Source of the DNA: Candidatus Aminicenantales bacterium
GTDB taxonomy: Bacteria > Acidobacteriota > Aminicenantia > Aminicenantales > Saccharicenantaceae
Assembly: GCA_049513915.1 (NCBI GenBank)
Contig: JBEKVN010000001.1
Location: forward strand, 224,322 to 288,321
Length of the DNA: 64,000 nucleotides
Direction: 5' to 3'
Shown: in pieces, positions 47,481 to 56,401 of the stretch
Position numbering within the stretch: position 1 is the stretch's first letter
Layout: every line of letters begins with the position of its first letter
Notes under the pieces: generated by a model
What the model was told of the DNA's origin: nothing
What the model saw: only the letters and a program-made list of their open reading frames with translations
Database searches by the model: none
Program-made: the position numbers and the translations under genes

Positions 47481-50051
47481 TCACGCCGTACCGTCCGGGC
47501 CGGCGCTCGGACCTTGCTCCTGGACGAGGGAGTTGCTGACCTCGAGGAAGTGCTCCACGACCTCCGGGTCGAACTGCGTTCCCGAACACCGGATGATCTC
47601 TTTCACCGCGTAACGGTGGGAGGCGGCCTTGCGGTAAGGCCGTTCCGAGGTGATGGAGTCGTAGGTGTCGGCGACGGCCATGATCCGGGCCCCCAGAGGG
47701 ATTTCCCGCCCCTTCAATCCGTCGGGATAGCCCAAGCCGTCGTAGCGCTCGTGATGGGACCGCACGACCCTGGCGATGTCCTTGAGTTCGATGACGGGCT
47801 TTAGGATGCTTTCCCCGCGCGCCGGATGTTCCTTGATGAGGGCGAATTCCTGGTCGGTCAGCTTGCCTGGCTTGTTCAGGATGCTCTCCGGGACGGCGAT
47901 CTTGCCGACGTCGTGGAGGAGAGCGGCCAGTTCGAGGTCGCCGGCTTCCTTTTCACTGAAGCCCATGGTGCCGGCGATCTTCAGCGTGAATTCCGTGACC
48001 CGCGTCGAATGGTGCCGGGTGTACTCGTCTTTAGCGTCAATGGCGGAGGCCAGGGACTTGACCGTGGATAAGAAGAGGGAGCGCTGCTGGTCGACGAGGT
48101 CGGACGTCCGCTGCTTGAGATTCCGGTTGGCCATGGCCAGTTCCGATTCCACCCGGCGGATCCGGAGCAGGGCCCGGATCCTGGCCTTGAGCTCGACCGA
48201 GTCGAAAGGCTTGGAGATGTAATCGTCGGCGCCGGCCTTCATGCCCTCGTCCAGCATTTCCGCGCCCGTCCTGGCGGTGATCAGGATGATGGGAATGTGC
48301 TTCAGGGCCTGGTCAGACTTGACGGCCCGGGAAAACGCGTGCCCGTCCATCCCGGGCATCATGACATCGCAGAGGACGAGATCGGGGCCTTTCTCTTTCA
48401 TGATCGCCAGCCCTTTTTCCGCCGACGTCGCGAGCTCCAGGTCGAATTCGTCGCTGAGGAGCATCCTCATCAGCTTGAGGACCTCGGGATTGTCGTCGAT
48501 GGCCAAAATGAGGGCGTCGTGCGTTTTCGTGTTGGCAGCCCCCGCGTCTTGGATGTCCACATGCTCGAGGTCGACGAGATGGAGACGGCGAGAATCCGTG
48601 ACGATGTCCTGGACGCGCGGTTCCTGGGTGTCCGTGGTTCGTCTCCTGAGTCCGACCGAGTGTTCCTCCTGACGACGGTCGAGCGTGTCCGCGGGGAAAT
48701 GCTCCTCGCCTTTCATTAAGTCCACGATGAACCGGGAACCCTTGCCGAGCTCGCTCTCGACCCGGACGCTCCCTTGGTGAAGGCCGACGATCTCTCGGAC
48801 AAGGGAGAGCCCGATCCCGGTGCCTTCGTGGGCGCGGGACATGGATCCATCGACTTGCGAGAACCGGTCGAAAATGGACTCCAACATGTTCGCCGGGATG
48901 CCGATCCCCGTGTCCTCGACGATCAGGGAAACCGCGCGGTCCCGGTCCTCGATATACAGAGTGATTTTGCCGCCGCGCGGCGTGAACTTGAGGGCGTTCG
49001 AAAGGAGATTCAGGACGACTTTTTCGAACTGGTCCGGGTCGATGACGAGTTCGACATCGTGCGGGGGGTGCTGGAAGTAAAGGCGGATCTGCTTCTGGTC
49101 GGCCAGGGGCTTCACCGATCCGAGGAGAGAGTTTGTGAACTCGACGAAGTTGACTGTTTTGATCTTGAGCCGCATCTTCCCTTCCTCGAGCTTCGTCAGG
49201 TCGAGCAGGTTGTTGATCAGCTTGAGGAGCTTGTAGCCGTTGCGCTGCATGGTCTCCAGGGTGTCTTTAATCACGGGCGACAGGCGCCCCATCCGTCCTT
49301 CGAGGACGGCCTTGATCGGCGCCAGTATCAAGGTCAACGGCGTCCGGATCTCATGATTGACGTTTGCGAAAAACTGGGTCTTGAGTTCGTCCAGGCTCTT
49401 GAGCTTGGCGTTGGATTCCTGGAGCTTCGCCGTCGTCTCCTCGAGCTGGATCCGGCCGCGGAGTTCGCGGCGGCGGATGCTGTCCATAATATAGGAGCCA
49501 AAGCCCCCGACGATGATGATCGAGGTCAGGAAGAGAAGGTTGTTCGTTACAAACCGCCAGAATTGGATCTCTGCTCCGTCCACGACGATCGGTCTCTGGC
49601 CATGGAGAATTTTAAAGATACTCGGCACCGTGTACATGAGCCAGACGAGGCAGTAGAGGACGATGGTCTCTCGAAACGCCAACGGGATGAGGACCATCAT
49701 GCCCATGACGATGATGTTCAATCCCTGATAGTAGCTGGTCAGGAAGCCGCCCAGGATCTGAATCATGACCGCGATCCCCGCCGCGTCCACAAGGGCCAAG
49801 GTCAGGGCCAGATTCATGGTCCCTTGCGTGGTTTTGACTCTTCCCAGGAGGACGATGAGGACGCCGACAATGCCAACCACGACCATGCGGATGAGAAGGA
49901 AAGTTTTAAAGTAATGGGGTGTATAAATGGCGTCGAGACCGAGAAAGCTCAGGTAGAGGAAGATGCTCAGGATGGCGGCCAGCCGGGTCCGCCCTTTCAG
50001 GTCATATTCCTTATTCAGCCGTTCTTCGAATGCCATATCGCGGTTAGCCAT
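47481..50051 (-). CDS. Hybrid sensor: 6-TM domain - HisKA - HATPase - REC - HD-GYP phosphodiesterase (856 aa)
   Basis: H-box ANVNHEIRTPL, N/G1/F/G2 boxes, REC with DVMMPGMDG and SKPF, HD-GYP motifs LLHDVGK, HHERYDGLGYP and RPYRK; ATG 50051 overlaps the upstream stop. Confidence 0.92.
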   Translation of the reverse strand: MANRDMAFEERLNKEYDLKGRTRLAAILSIFLYLSFLGLDAIYTPHYFKTFLLIRMVVVGIVGVLIVLLGRVKTTQGTMNLALTLALVDAAGIAVMIQILGGFLTSYYQGLNIIVMGMMVLIPLAFRETIVLYCLVWLMYTVPSIFKILHGQRPIVVDGAEIQFWRFVTNNLLFLTSIIIVGGFGSYIMDSIRRRELRGRIQLEETTAKLQESNAKLKSLDELKTQFFANVNHEIRTPLTLILAPIKAVLEGRMGRLSPVIKDTLETMQRNGYKLLKLINNLLDLTKLEEGKMRLKIKTVNFVEFTNSLLGSVKPLADQKQIRLYFQHPPHDVELVIDPDQFEKVVLNLLSNALKFTPRGGKITLYIEDRDRAVSLIVEDTGIGIPANMLESIFDRFSQVDGSMSRAHEGTGIGLSLVREIVGLHQGSVRVESELGKGSRFIVDLMKGEEHFPADTLDRRQEEHSVGLRRRTTDTQEPRVQDIVTDSRRLHLVDLEHVDIQDAGAANTKTHDALILAIDDNPEVLKLMRMLLSDEFDLELATSAEKGLAIMKEKGPDLVLCDVMMPGMDGHAFSRAVKSDQALKHIPIILITARTGAEMLDEGMKAGADDYISKPFDSVELKARIRALLRIRRVESELAMANRNLKQRTSDLVDQQRSLFLSTVKSLASAIDAKDEYTRHHSTRVTEFTLKIAGTMGFSEKEAGDLELAALLHDVGKIAVPESILNKPGKLTDQEFALIKEHPARGESILKPVIELKDIARVVRSHHERYDGLGYPDGLKGREIPLGARIMAVADTYDSITSERPYRKAASHRYAVKEIIRCSGTQFDPEVVEHFLEVSNSLVQEQGPSAGPDGTA

Positions 50052-53000
50052 GGATGTTCCTCGCTCTGGCAATGACGACATACCCCTGCGGGGGGTCGCC
50101 GTACGACGGAATGACCCTGTCGATCTCCCAGCCCGCCCCCTCCAGCAGGCCTTCGAGTTTCTCCGGGTCGAAGAAGTCGAACGTTCCTGCTTCTTCCAGG
50201 TCCACCAGGGCCTGGGCGTCGTTAAGGAAGGACCGGAGGGACTCGAGCAGGAGGGGTTTAGGCCATTTCGGCGGCAGGGCCTCCTCGGGCATGGTTTCGA
50301 TTTTTTCCAGGAGCCGAGTGAAGGGGCCCGACGCGTCGGTATCCGGGCGCATGCTCGAAAGAACGAGCCGTCCTCCCGGCCTGATGATCCGCCGGACCTC
50401 GGCCAGGGTTTCTCCAGGATTGAAGATATAGGAAAGGACAAGGCTCATGAGGACCTTGTTAAACCAGCCCGCGCGGATCGGCAAATGGATGTTTCCTTCC
50501 AGGAACCCGGGGAGGGCGAGGCGGCGAAGAGTAGGCTTCTTGTTGGTCAACCTGCGGACGTAGCGAGCGGCTTGGTTGAAGTCCAGGATCGTCCGGTATT
50601 CATGGAGATCGAACTGCCGCTTCAACCAGTCGTCCAGTGCCGGGGTGATAGACTCGCCGCGGAGGATCCGGTGGAGCTTGGGGGAATAAGCCCCCTGGAT
50701 CTTGATGGCGCTCTCCAGGGTGAGGTTTTCGATCTTGTCGGCCATCTCCTCGAAGGTTCCGACCTCGCCGCCGAGGAACCTCTCGATGGGCAGGAAGCGG
50801 CTCAATTCGAGGTCCAGACCGAGGAGGTCGAAACGGCCCGGCTCCTGGAGGGCCTCGTAGCGGGCCGCGAGCTTCTGCCGGGCCTGGGTCATAGCATCCG
50901 GAATGAGGTCGGCAATCGTGATTTGGGCGGGCAGCTCGCGGCCGCTCTCCAGGAGATGTTCGACGAAGTTCCCCGTGCCTCCTCCCAGATCGAGCAGGCG
51001 GTCCGAGGATTGCAGTTCGAGGGCGAGGAGTTGGTCCTGCATCAGCTGCTGGTAATCGTCAGACATGGCCATGATGTCGAAACCCAACAAATTGTTTTCA
51101 CCCACCAGATAACGGTGCCAATAGCTCTTTCGGTTTCTGAGATTCCGCGGTGGAAGCCGGTCCTTCTCGGCCCGGCGCATGATCTCCATGCTCTTGCGGC
51201 CCGGCAAATTCGGCTGGATCATGGCCTTGTAGAGGAACCGGTGAATCAACGATGTGATGGTCCCGAACATCTTGAGCGCGTCCTTCGAGGTTCTGGCATT
51301 GTGCCCGATGGGGACGGAAATCACCTCGCGGGCGGCGTTGGCCTTGATGCTCATAACGTCACGGATGAACTCGGCTCTGACCCAGCTGTCGTATTGGCCA
51401 TAGATCCACGTGATCGGGATGTCGATATGGCGCATGTCTTCGCGGGCCTGCTCCAGAGTCGCCACCGAGTTCCGGACCCCGTCGCCGACGTAGGGATCGA
51501 CGTTGACCAAATTGCCCAGGACCGGCATAACGCCGAGCTTGATGCCGAGCTGAAAGTGTTCCAGGAAATCCAGGCCGCAATTGACGCGAACCATCAAATC
51601 GCGGAATTCCGGTGTTCCCATGCAGGCGATCCAATAATGGATGCGGTGCCGGTTGGCTTCCTCACGGAGGACGATCCGGGCGTCCAAAGCCGAAAAAGAA
51701 AACGTCAGGAGGATGACGGAGCTGGGCCGGAGCTTGGGGTTGAGGTCGAGCCAGTCAAGAATGGCGACGATGTCCGCTGCCCCCTGCGTGAAATTCGTGT
51801 TGAGCATCTCGTAGGGCGGTTCCGAAGCCTCCGGGTCCTTGTAGCTTTCGCCCTTTTTACGGATGCCGTCGAAACGGACGACCGCCAGCGGCCTCCCCAG
51901 CCGGCGGAAGTTTTCCGTCAGGGTCAGGGCGAGACCGAAAAGCGTTTCCTTGGTTTTTCCAAACGCCGGGGGGACAATGACGACGGGAACGGATTTCTCA
52001 TCTAAAGGAAGGGAAGAGTTGAGAAGGCCGACGATCTCCTCGCCCTGACGGGTTTCCACCCGGATGACTTCCGGCGTCGCGGCCCGCGCCGAGGGCTTCT
52101 CCGCGGATTCCTCCGTAGGGTAAACGAAGTCGAGCTCAGGCGTCTGGACGGATTGGATGCTCATCCGGCCGATCCCGAACTGGATCCCGTATTTCATGGC
52201 GTCGGGCGCGATCTCCGCGGCCCTCGCGACGTACCGGACCTCGCCGTTTTCCTTCCAGAGGACCTGATCGCCATCCATGATGGAGATGGTTTCGAGGGGT
52301 GTGCCCTTCAGGAGGACATGGGCGCGAGAGTCGGCGACAAAACTGACCCCGCCGGGGCTTATGTCCGTGATGCGGCCGGCGATGTTGCTGCTGAAAGGCG
52401 CGGGAAGAGGGATCTCGATCCGGAGGTTCCCGAACGGGCTGATCCTTTTTTCGGTCCGCTTTTCGGAGTAGAACATGACCCGCGGGTACAAGCAGACGAG
52501 CTTCTGGCCGTCGGGAGTGATCCGGGAAACCATCGTCTCGAAATTGTACGTGGCGTAGCCGATCTGGAATGAGACAAAGATCAGGTCTGAGGTTTTGAAC
52601 TTGACGTTCAGATCTTCACCTTTGAGCACGCACGTTAAGGGCGGCCGGATATCGGTGAACCCGAGGATCTCCGGATTCCGGGACTGAGCGTGGATGACCG
52701 CGACCTCCAATTCGGCTCTCATGGCTTCGCGGATGAGGGATTCGATCTTATAAGTGTCCGAAAACAGAACCATGTCCTCGGTCTTGAGGAAAGGGTATCG
52801 GACTTTGAGCTCCGCGAGGTCATGGACGGTGACGTAGTCAGAAAGAAACTGAAGGAGGGACCGGCGGCCTAGTTCGTCGATGGACGAGAATTCGACGCCG
52901 ACGCCTCCCTGATCGAGGTCCTGCCTGACGATTCGGCCGCTCACCGCGTAACTCCGTCCGTCCGGGAGGGCAATTTTCAGAGGGAGCGACGAGCCCTCGG

Positions 53001-53550
53001 GTAAAAAGGATACGGTCTTGAGGAACATCCCGTTTTCACTGAGGTTGACAACCCGGGCATCCGCCCCGTCTCCGGCCTCTATTTGGATGTCGGCGGAGCC
53101 GTTGATGTTGACCCTCATGGAGGTCCGCTTCTCGCGGGACTTTTGGGCGATAAGGAAACCGACCTTCTGCTTGAGCTCAGACGGATCCCGCGGTCTAGGG
53201 CAGATAAAATCGATACGGCCGTGGCTGGTCAAGTCCCCGGCTGGATCGTCCGTTGGAGAGTCCGTCAGCAGGATCTTGATGATCGCGTCGGATTTCTCAA
53301 ACATCTCGTGGAGAAAACGGAGGAGCTCAGTCCCCTTCATCCGGGGCAAATCCTCCTTGACGACGAGGACGTTGACCTCGGGGAGCGCCTTGATCAGCTT
53401 GATGGCTTCGATACCGCTGGTGGTCGTATAGACGGAGAACTGTTCGCGAAGGGCTCGCTGGAGTCTTTCAAGATAAGACAGGTCGTCTTCGACGAGGAGG
53501 ACAATGGGCTTAGCCCCGGGGGATTGCGTGCCGGCATCTGTCTGAGTCAT
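50044..53550 (-). CDS. Multidomain protein: atypical REC - PilZ - PilZN(YcgR-like) - PilZ - LuxD-like alpha/beta hydrolase - class I SAM methyltransferase
   Basis: PilZ motifs RTSMR..NLSENG and RTEKR..DISPGG; hydrolase motifs PAFGKTK, RFDG, FSFSA, YDSWV, GHNA; methyltransferase motifs LLDLGGGTGNF and RPGGRLVLS. Confidence 0.85.
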   Translation of the reverse strand: MTQTDAGTQSPGAKPIVLLVEDDLSYLERLQRALREQFSVYTTTSGIEAIKLIKALPEVNVLVVKEDLPRMKGTELLRFLHEMFEKSDAIIKILLTDSPTDDPAGDLTSHGRIDFICPRPRDPSELKQKVGFLIAQKSREKRTSMRVNINGSADIQIEAGDGADARVVNLSENGMFLKTVSFLPEGSSLPLKIALPDGRSYAVSGRIVRQDLDQGGVGVEFSSIDELGRRSLLQFLSDYVTVHDLAELKVRYPFLKTEDMVLFSDTYKIESLIREAMRAELEVAVIHAQSRNPEILGFTDIRPPLTCVLKGEDLNVKFKTSDLIFVSFQIGYATYNFETMVSRITPDGQKLVCLYPRVMFYSEKRTEKRISPFGNLRIEIPLPAPFSSNIAGRITDISPGGVSFVADSRAHVLLKGTPLETISIMDGDQVLWKENGEVRYVARAAEIAPDAMKYGIQFGIGRMSIQSVQTPELDFVYPTEESAEKPSARAATPEVIRVETRQGEEIVGLLNSSLPLDEKSVPVVIVPPAFGKTKETLFGLALTLTENFRRLGRPLAVVRFDGIRKKGESYKDPEASEPPYEMLNTNFTQGAADIVAILDWLDLNPKLRPSSVILLTFSFSALDARIVLREEANRHRIHYWIACMGTPEFRDLMVRVNCGLDFLEHFQLGIKLGVMPVLGNLVNVDPYVGDGVRNSVATLEQAREDMRHIDIPITWIYGQYDSWVRAEFIRDVMSIKANAAREVISVPIGHNARTSKDALKMFGTITSLIHRFLYKAMIQPNLPGRKSMEIMRRAEKDRLPPRNLRNRKSYWHRYLVGENNLLGFDIMAMSDDYQQLMQDQLLALELQSSDRLLDLGGGTGNFVEHLLESGRELPAQITIADLIPDAMTQARQKLAARYEALQEPGRFDLLGLDLELSRFLPIERFLGGEVGTFEEMADKIENLTLESAIKIQGAYSPKLHRILRGESITPALDDWLKRQFDLHEYRTILDFNQAARYVRRLTNKKPTLRRLALPGFLEGNIHLPIRAGWFNKVLMSLVLSYIFNPGETLAEVRRIIRPGGRLVLSSMRPDTDASGPFTRLLEKIETMPEEALPPKWPKPLLLESLRSFLNDAQALVDLEEAGTFDFFDPEKLEGLLEGAGWEIDRVIPSYGDPPQGYVVIARARNIHG

Positions 53551-53689
53551 GGACCTTATTTATCCAGGGCGGATTCCGTCGTGTAACTCATTTAGTCGCG
53601 CCTGGCCCGCGGCGTTGAAGAAAAGAACGGGGGGTTAGTAGCCAGTCTCCAACACCAAGTTTTGTGGGATTCCATAAGTCTCCCTACAA

Positions 53690-53718
53690 AATCTAGTATA
53701 CAAATGTAGGCCTGTCAA
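53690..53718 (-). promoter_or_regulatory. Sigma70-type promoter TTGACA-N17-TAGATT for the PilZ-synthase/sensor operon
   Basis: -35 at 53718-53713 overlaps the aldolase stop; -10 at 53695-53690. Confidence 0.65.
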
Positions 53719-54476
53719 GAGTTTCTTGGCTTCAGGCTTCTTACGATCTCGGCGGCCGCGCTCGAAAACAGGCCGATATCCACCCCCGAGCACACCAGAC
53801 TGTAGCCCTCGGCCAGGGCCTTCGCGGAGCCCGCAATATCGCCCGAAAAGATGCCGACCGGCGTCTTTCTCAGGGAACAGGCTGTCCGGACGGCTGCGAG
53901 GGCATTCCTCACGTCTCCATCCTGGATGCAGCCCGGCTTGCCCAGGCTCGCCGAAAGGTCATAAGGCCCGATGAAGACGGCGTCCACCCCCGGAACTGCC
54001 AGGATATCGTCGATGGCCCTGACGGCATCGATGTGCTCCACTTGGATGATAACCGCCGTCGTCCGGTTGGCCGTGTCCACTTGCTCCTGGAAGCGGACGC
54101 CATAAAGGTTGGCCCTGGAGAAACCGACGCCCCGGCCCCCCTCCGGCGGGTACTTGGCCCAGTGGACGGCCCGGGCCGCTTCCCCCGCCGAATTGACGCG
54201 CGGGATGATGACGCCCGCCGCGCCGGAGTCCAGGGCCTTCTTGATCCACATCTCTTCGTTCTCCGGGACGCGGACGACCGGGGCGCAGGGTTCGCGGACC
54301 GCCTGGATCATGCGGACGAGATCCCCCGGACCGATCGGCCCGTGTTCCATATCGAGGAAGAGCCAGTCGAGGCCGGCCGCGCTCGCGATTTCGGCCAGTT
54401 CGGAAGCCGGCAGCGTGAGAATGGTCCCGACGAGCCTATCGCCCCGCAGAAGCCGCTCACGGAAACTTTCGCCCAT
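53715..54476 (-). CDS. HpcH/HpaI aldolase family (2-keto-3-deoxy-sugar acid aldolase-like)
   Basis: DMEHGP, VVRVP, ALDSGA, VIIQVEH and FIGPYDLS motifs. Confidence 0.92.
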   Translation of the reverse strand: MGESFRERLLRGDRLVGTILTLPASELAEIASAAGLDWLFLDMEHGPIGPGDLVRMIQAVREPCAPVVRVPENEEMWIKKALDSGAAGVIIPRVNSAGEAARAVHWAKYPPEGGRGVGFSRANLYGVRFQEQVDTANRTTAVIIQVEHIDAVRAIDDILAVPGVDAVFIGPYDLSASLGKPGCIQDGDVRNALAAVRTACSLRKTPVGIFSGDIAGSAKALAEGYSLVCSGVDIGLFSSAAAEIVRSLKPRNS

Positions 54477-54504
54477 GTTCTTCGCTCCTTCCGCCCGCGC
54501 CCGC

Positions 54505-55416
54505 TTACCGGTTGAAGCTCCGGCCGATGAAGCTCAGGCCGTCGACGATCCCGGTGCGCCAGTACACCCAGGTGTGGGCACCGTCGCGGACCCGGAATTC
54601 GTGCGGAATTTTCCGGTCGTTGAGGAGGATGTGGAGGGCGCAATTGCCCTTGATGAGAAAGTCGTCGTCGCCGCAGTCGATATAATAGCGGACCTTCTTC
54701 AGGGAATCCTCCGGCAGGGTCCTGGCAAGCTCGAGCGGACTGTACATCCGGAAATGCGGCGTGAGACGGTTTTTGCCGGCGAGGCCGGGCCCGAGCACCG
54801 GGCCGACCACCTTGTCCCACGTGTCCTGCTTCATCGACACGATTTCATCATCCGGCCAGACGGCGGCGCTGAAAGCGGCGCAGGCCGCGAAGACATCCGG
54901 GTGGCGCAGCGCGTAGACGAGAGTGCCCCATCCGCCCATGGACAATCCGGCGATCCCGCGGAACTCCCGCTCGGGCCGCGTCCGGTAGGTGGAATCGATG
55001 TGGGGGATGAACTCCTGGATGAACATGTCCTCGAAACGGACCTTGTTCTGATAGTCGTTGACATACCAGGTGACGCCGCCGTCGGGCATGACGATGATCA
55101 TCGGGGGAATCTCCCGGTCCGCGATGGCCCGGTCCGCGGCCATGTTGACCTCGCCGAACTGGACCCAGCCCGACTCGTTGTCCGTGTAACCGTGAAGCAG
55201 GTAGACGACGGGGTAGCGGCGCGTGGAGGTCGCGTAGTCCGCCGGCAGGTATACCGCGTAATGGACATCCCGGCCGAGGATCGCGCTGGTCAGGTGGAGA
55301 CCCTCCAGGACTTGGCCCATGGCCGGCCCCTCCCGGGAATAGAGCGGAAGGCCGGTCGCGATGGCCATGACCAGGACCGTTGCGAAAGCCGCGATCAACG
55401 CTTTGGAGTTCTTCAT
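54505..55416 (-). CDS. Secreted esterase family alpha/beta hydrolase
   Basis: YLLHG, GLSMGG, DCGDDD and DGAHTW motifs; signal peptide. Confidence 0.9.
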   Translation of the reverse strand: MKNSKALIAAFATVLVMAIATGLPLYSREGPAMGQVLEGLHLTSAILGRDVHYAVYLPADYATSTRRYPVVYLLHGYTDNESGWVQFGEVNMAADRAIADREIPPMIIVMPDGGVTWYVNDYQNKVRFEDMFIQEFIPHIDSTYRTRPEREFRGIAGLSMGGWGTLVYALRHPDVFAACAAFSAAVWPDDEIVSMKQDTWDKVVGPVLGPGLAGKNRLTPHFRMYSPLELARTLPEDSLKKVRYYIDCGDDDFLIKGNCALHILLNDRKIPHEFRVRDGAHTWVYWRTGIVDGLSFIGRSFNR

Positions 55417-55528
55417 GCTGGCCTCCTTCCCGGCTCCGCGTCCCTTCGGGCTTTCGGCCGGCGCGAGCCGACGACGGGGGAACGCCTGAGGCCGGTCAGG
55501 GAAATATAGTGGCGGACGGGGCCCGGCG

Positions 55529-56215
55529 TCAAGACGGGTTCTTTTTCTTGGTGCTGAGCGAGATACCGCCGCCGGTCGAGGTGTCGATGACCGTTTCCAT
55601 GTAGTCGAGCCCGCGGACGTAGGCGAGGAAATCCCGGATGCCCTGCATGAAGCCGAGGCTGACGACGTTGTGGACGGCGAAACAGCCGCCGACCTCGAGC
55701 TTGGGCAGGAGGGCCTTGAAATAATTCAGGGTCCAGTTCTTGTCGGCGTCGATGAAGACGAAATCGAAGGGGCCGGGAAGCTCCTGGACGAGCTCGTGGG
55801 CGTCGGCCAGGCGGGCGTCGATGCGGTCCTCGAGCCCAGAGGCCTTGAAATTCTGGACGGCGCGGAGGTGGCGGAACTCGTCGATCTCGATCGTCACGAG
55901 CCGGCCTCCGGTCTTGCTCAGCGCCCAAGCCTGCCAGATCCCGGAATGGCCGGTCGACGTCCCGATCTCCAGGGCCCTGGTATAGCGGCGCTTAAGGATG
56001 AGGTCGTGCAGGAACCGGCCGTCGGCCTCCGTGACGTTTTCCTCGCGCCACTGGTCTTTTTGCGACTGGAGGAAGTTCCAAACCCTATCGTCGAGGGCCT
56101 TCGAGTCGGGGGCAGGGGTTTTTTGCTGAGGGGAAGCCGTCCCGGCCGGCCGCACGACAAGGGGCGTGAGCGCAAGGAGAACCGTCAAAAGAAGGGCCCG
56201 AACGCTGGATCTCAT
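55529..56215 (-). CDS. Class I SAM-dependent O-methyltransferase with signal-peptide-like N-terminus
   Basis: LEIGTSTGHS, FDFVFIDADK and AVHNV motifs. Confidence 0.88.
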   Translation of the reverse strand: MRSSVRALLLTVLLALTPLVVRPAGTASPQQKTPAPDSKALDDRVWNFLQSQKDQWREENVTEADGRFLHDLILKRRYTRALEIGTSTGHSGIWQAWALSKTGGRLVTIEIDEFRHLRAVQNFKASGLEDRIDARLADAHELVQELPGPFDFVFIDADKNWTLNYFKALLPKLEVGGCFAVHNVVSLGFMQGIRDFLAYVRGLDYMETVIDTSTGGGISLSTKKKNPS

Positions 56216-56337
56216 CTTGTTCCGCCGAGGCCTGGGGAATGCCCCTTATCTGGAGACAGGGAAAATTCTGGTCCCACGCCCAATCAAAATATACGGGAGC
56301 CGGCGTGGGAAGTCAAACAGGAGGAAAGCGTCCGCAC

Positions 56338-56373
56338 AAAAAAAAGGGCCGCCCCCCAACGGGGGGCTGCCCT
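56338..56373 (-). terminator. Rho-independent terminator downstream of the Sec-thioredoxin-TPR gene
   Basis: Minus strand AGGGCAGCCCCCC-GTT-GGGGGGCGGCCCT followed by a T8 run. Confidence 0.85.
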
Positions 56374-56401
56374 CTGCAAACGACTTCGTGACTTCGCCGC
56401 C

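Noticed and set aside
51150-52080. LuxD-like domain as evidence of bioluminescence
   Set aside because: No luxA/B/C/E-like genes nearby; the domain is embedded in a signalling-type fusion.
53551-53689. c-di-GMP riboswitch in the leader of the PilZ protein
   Set aside because: I could not find the GEMM GNAAA/GCAAA elements or the class II pattern by eye; a cmscan would be decisive.
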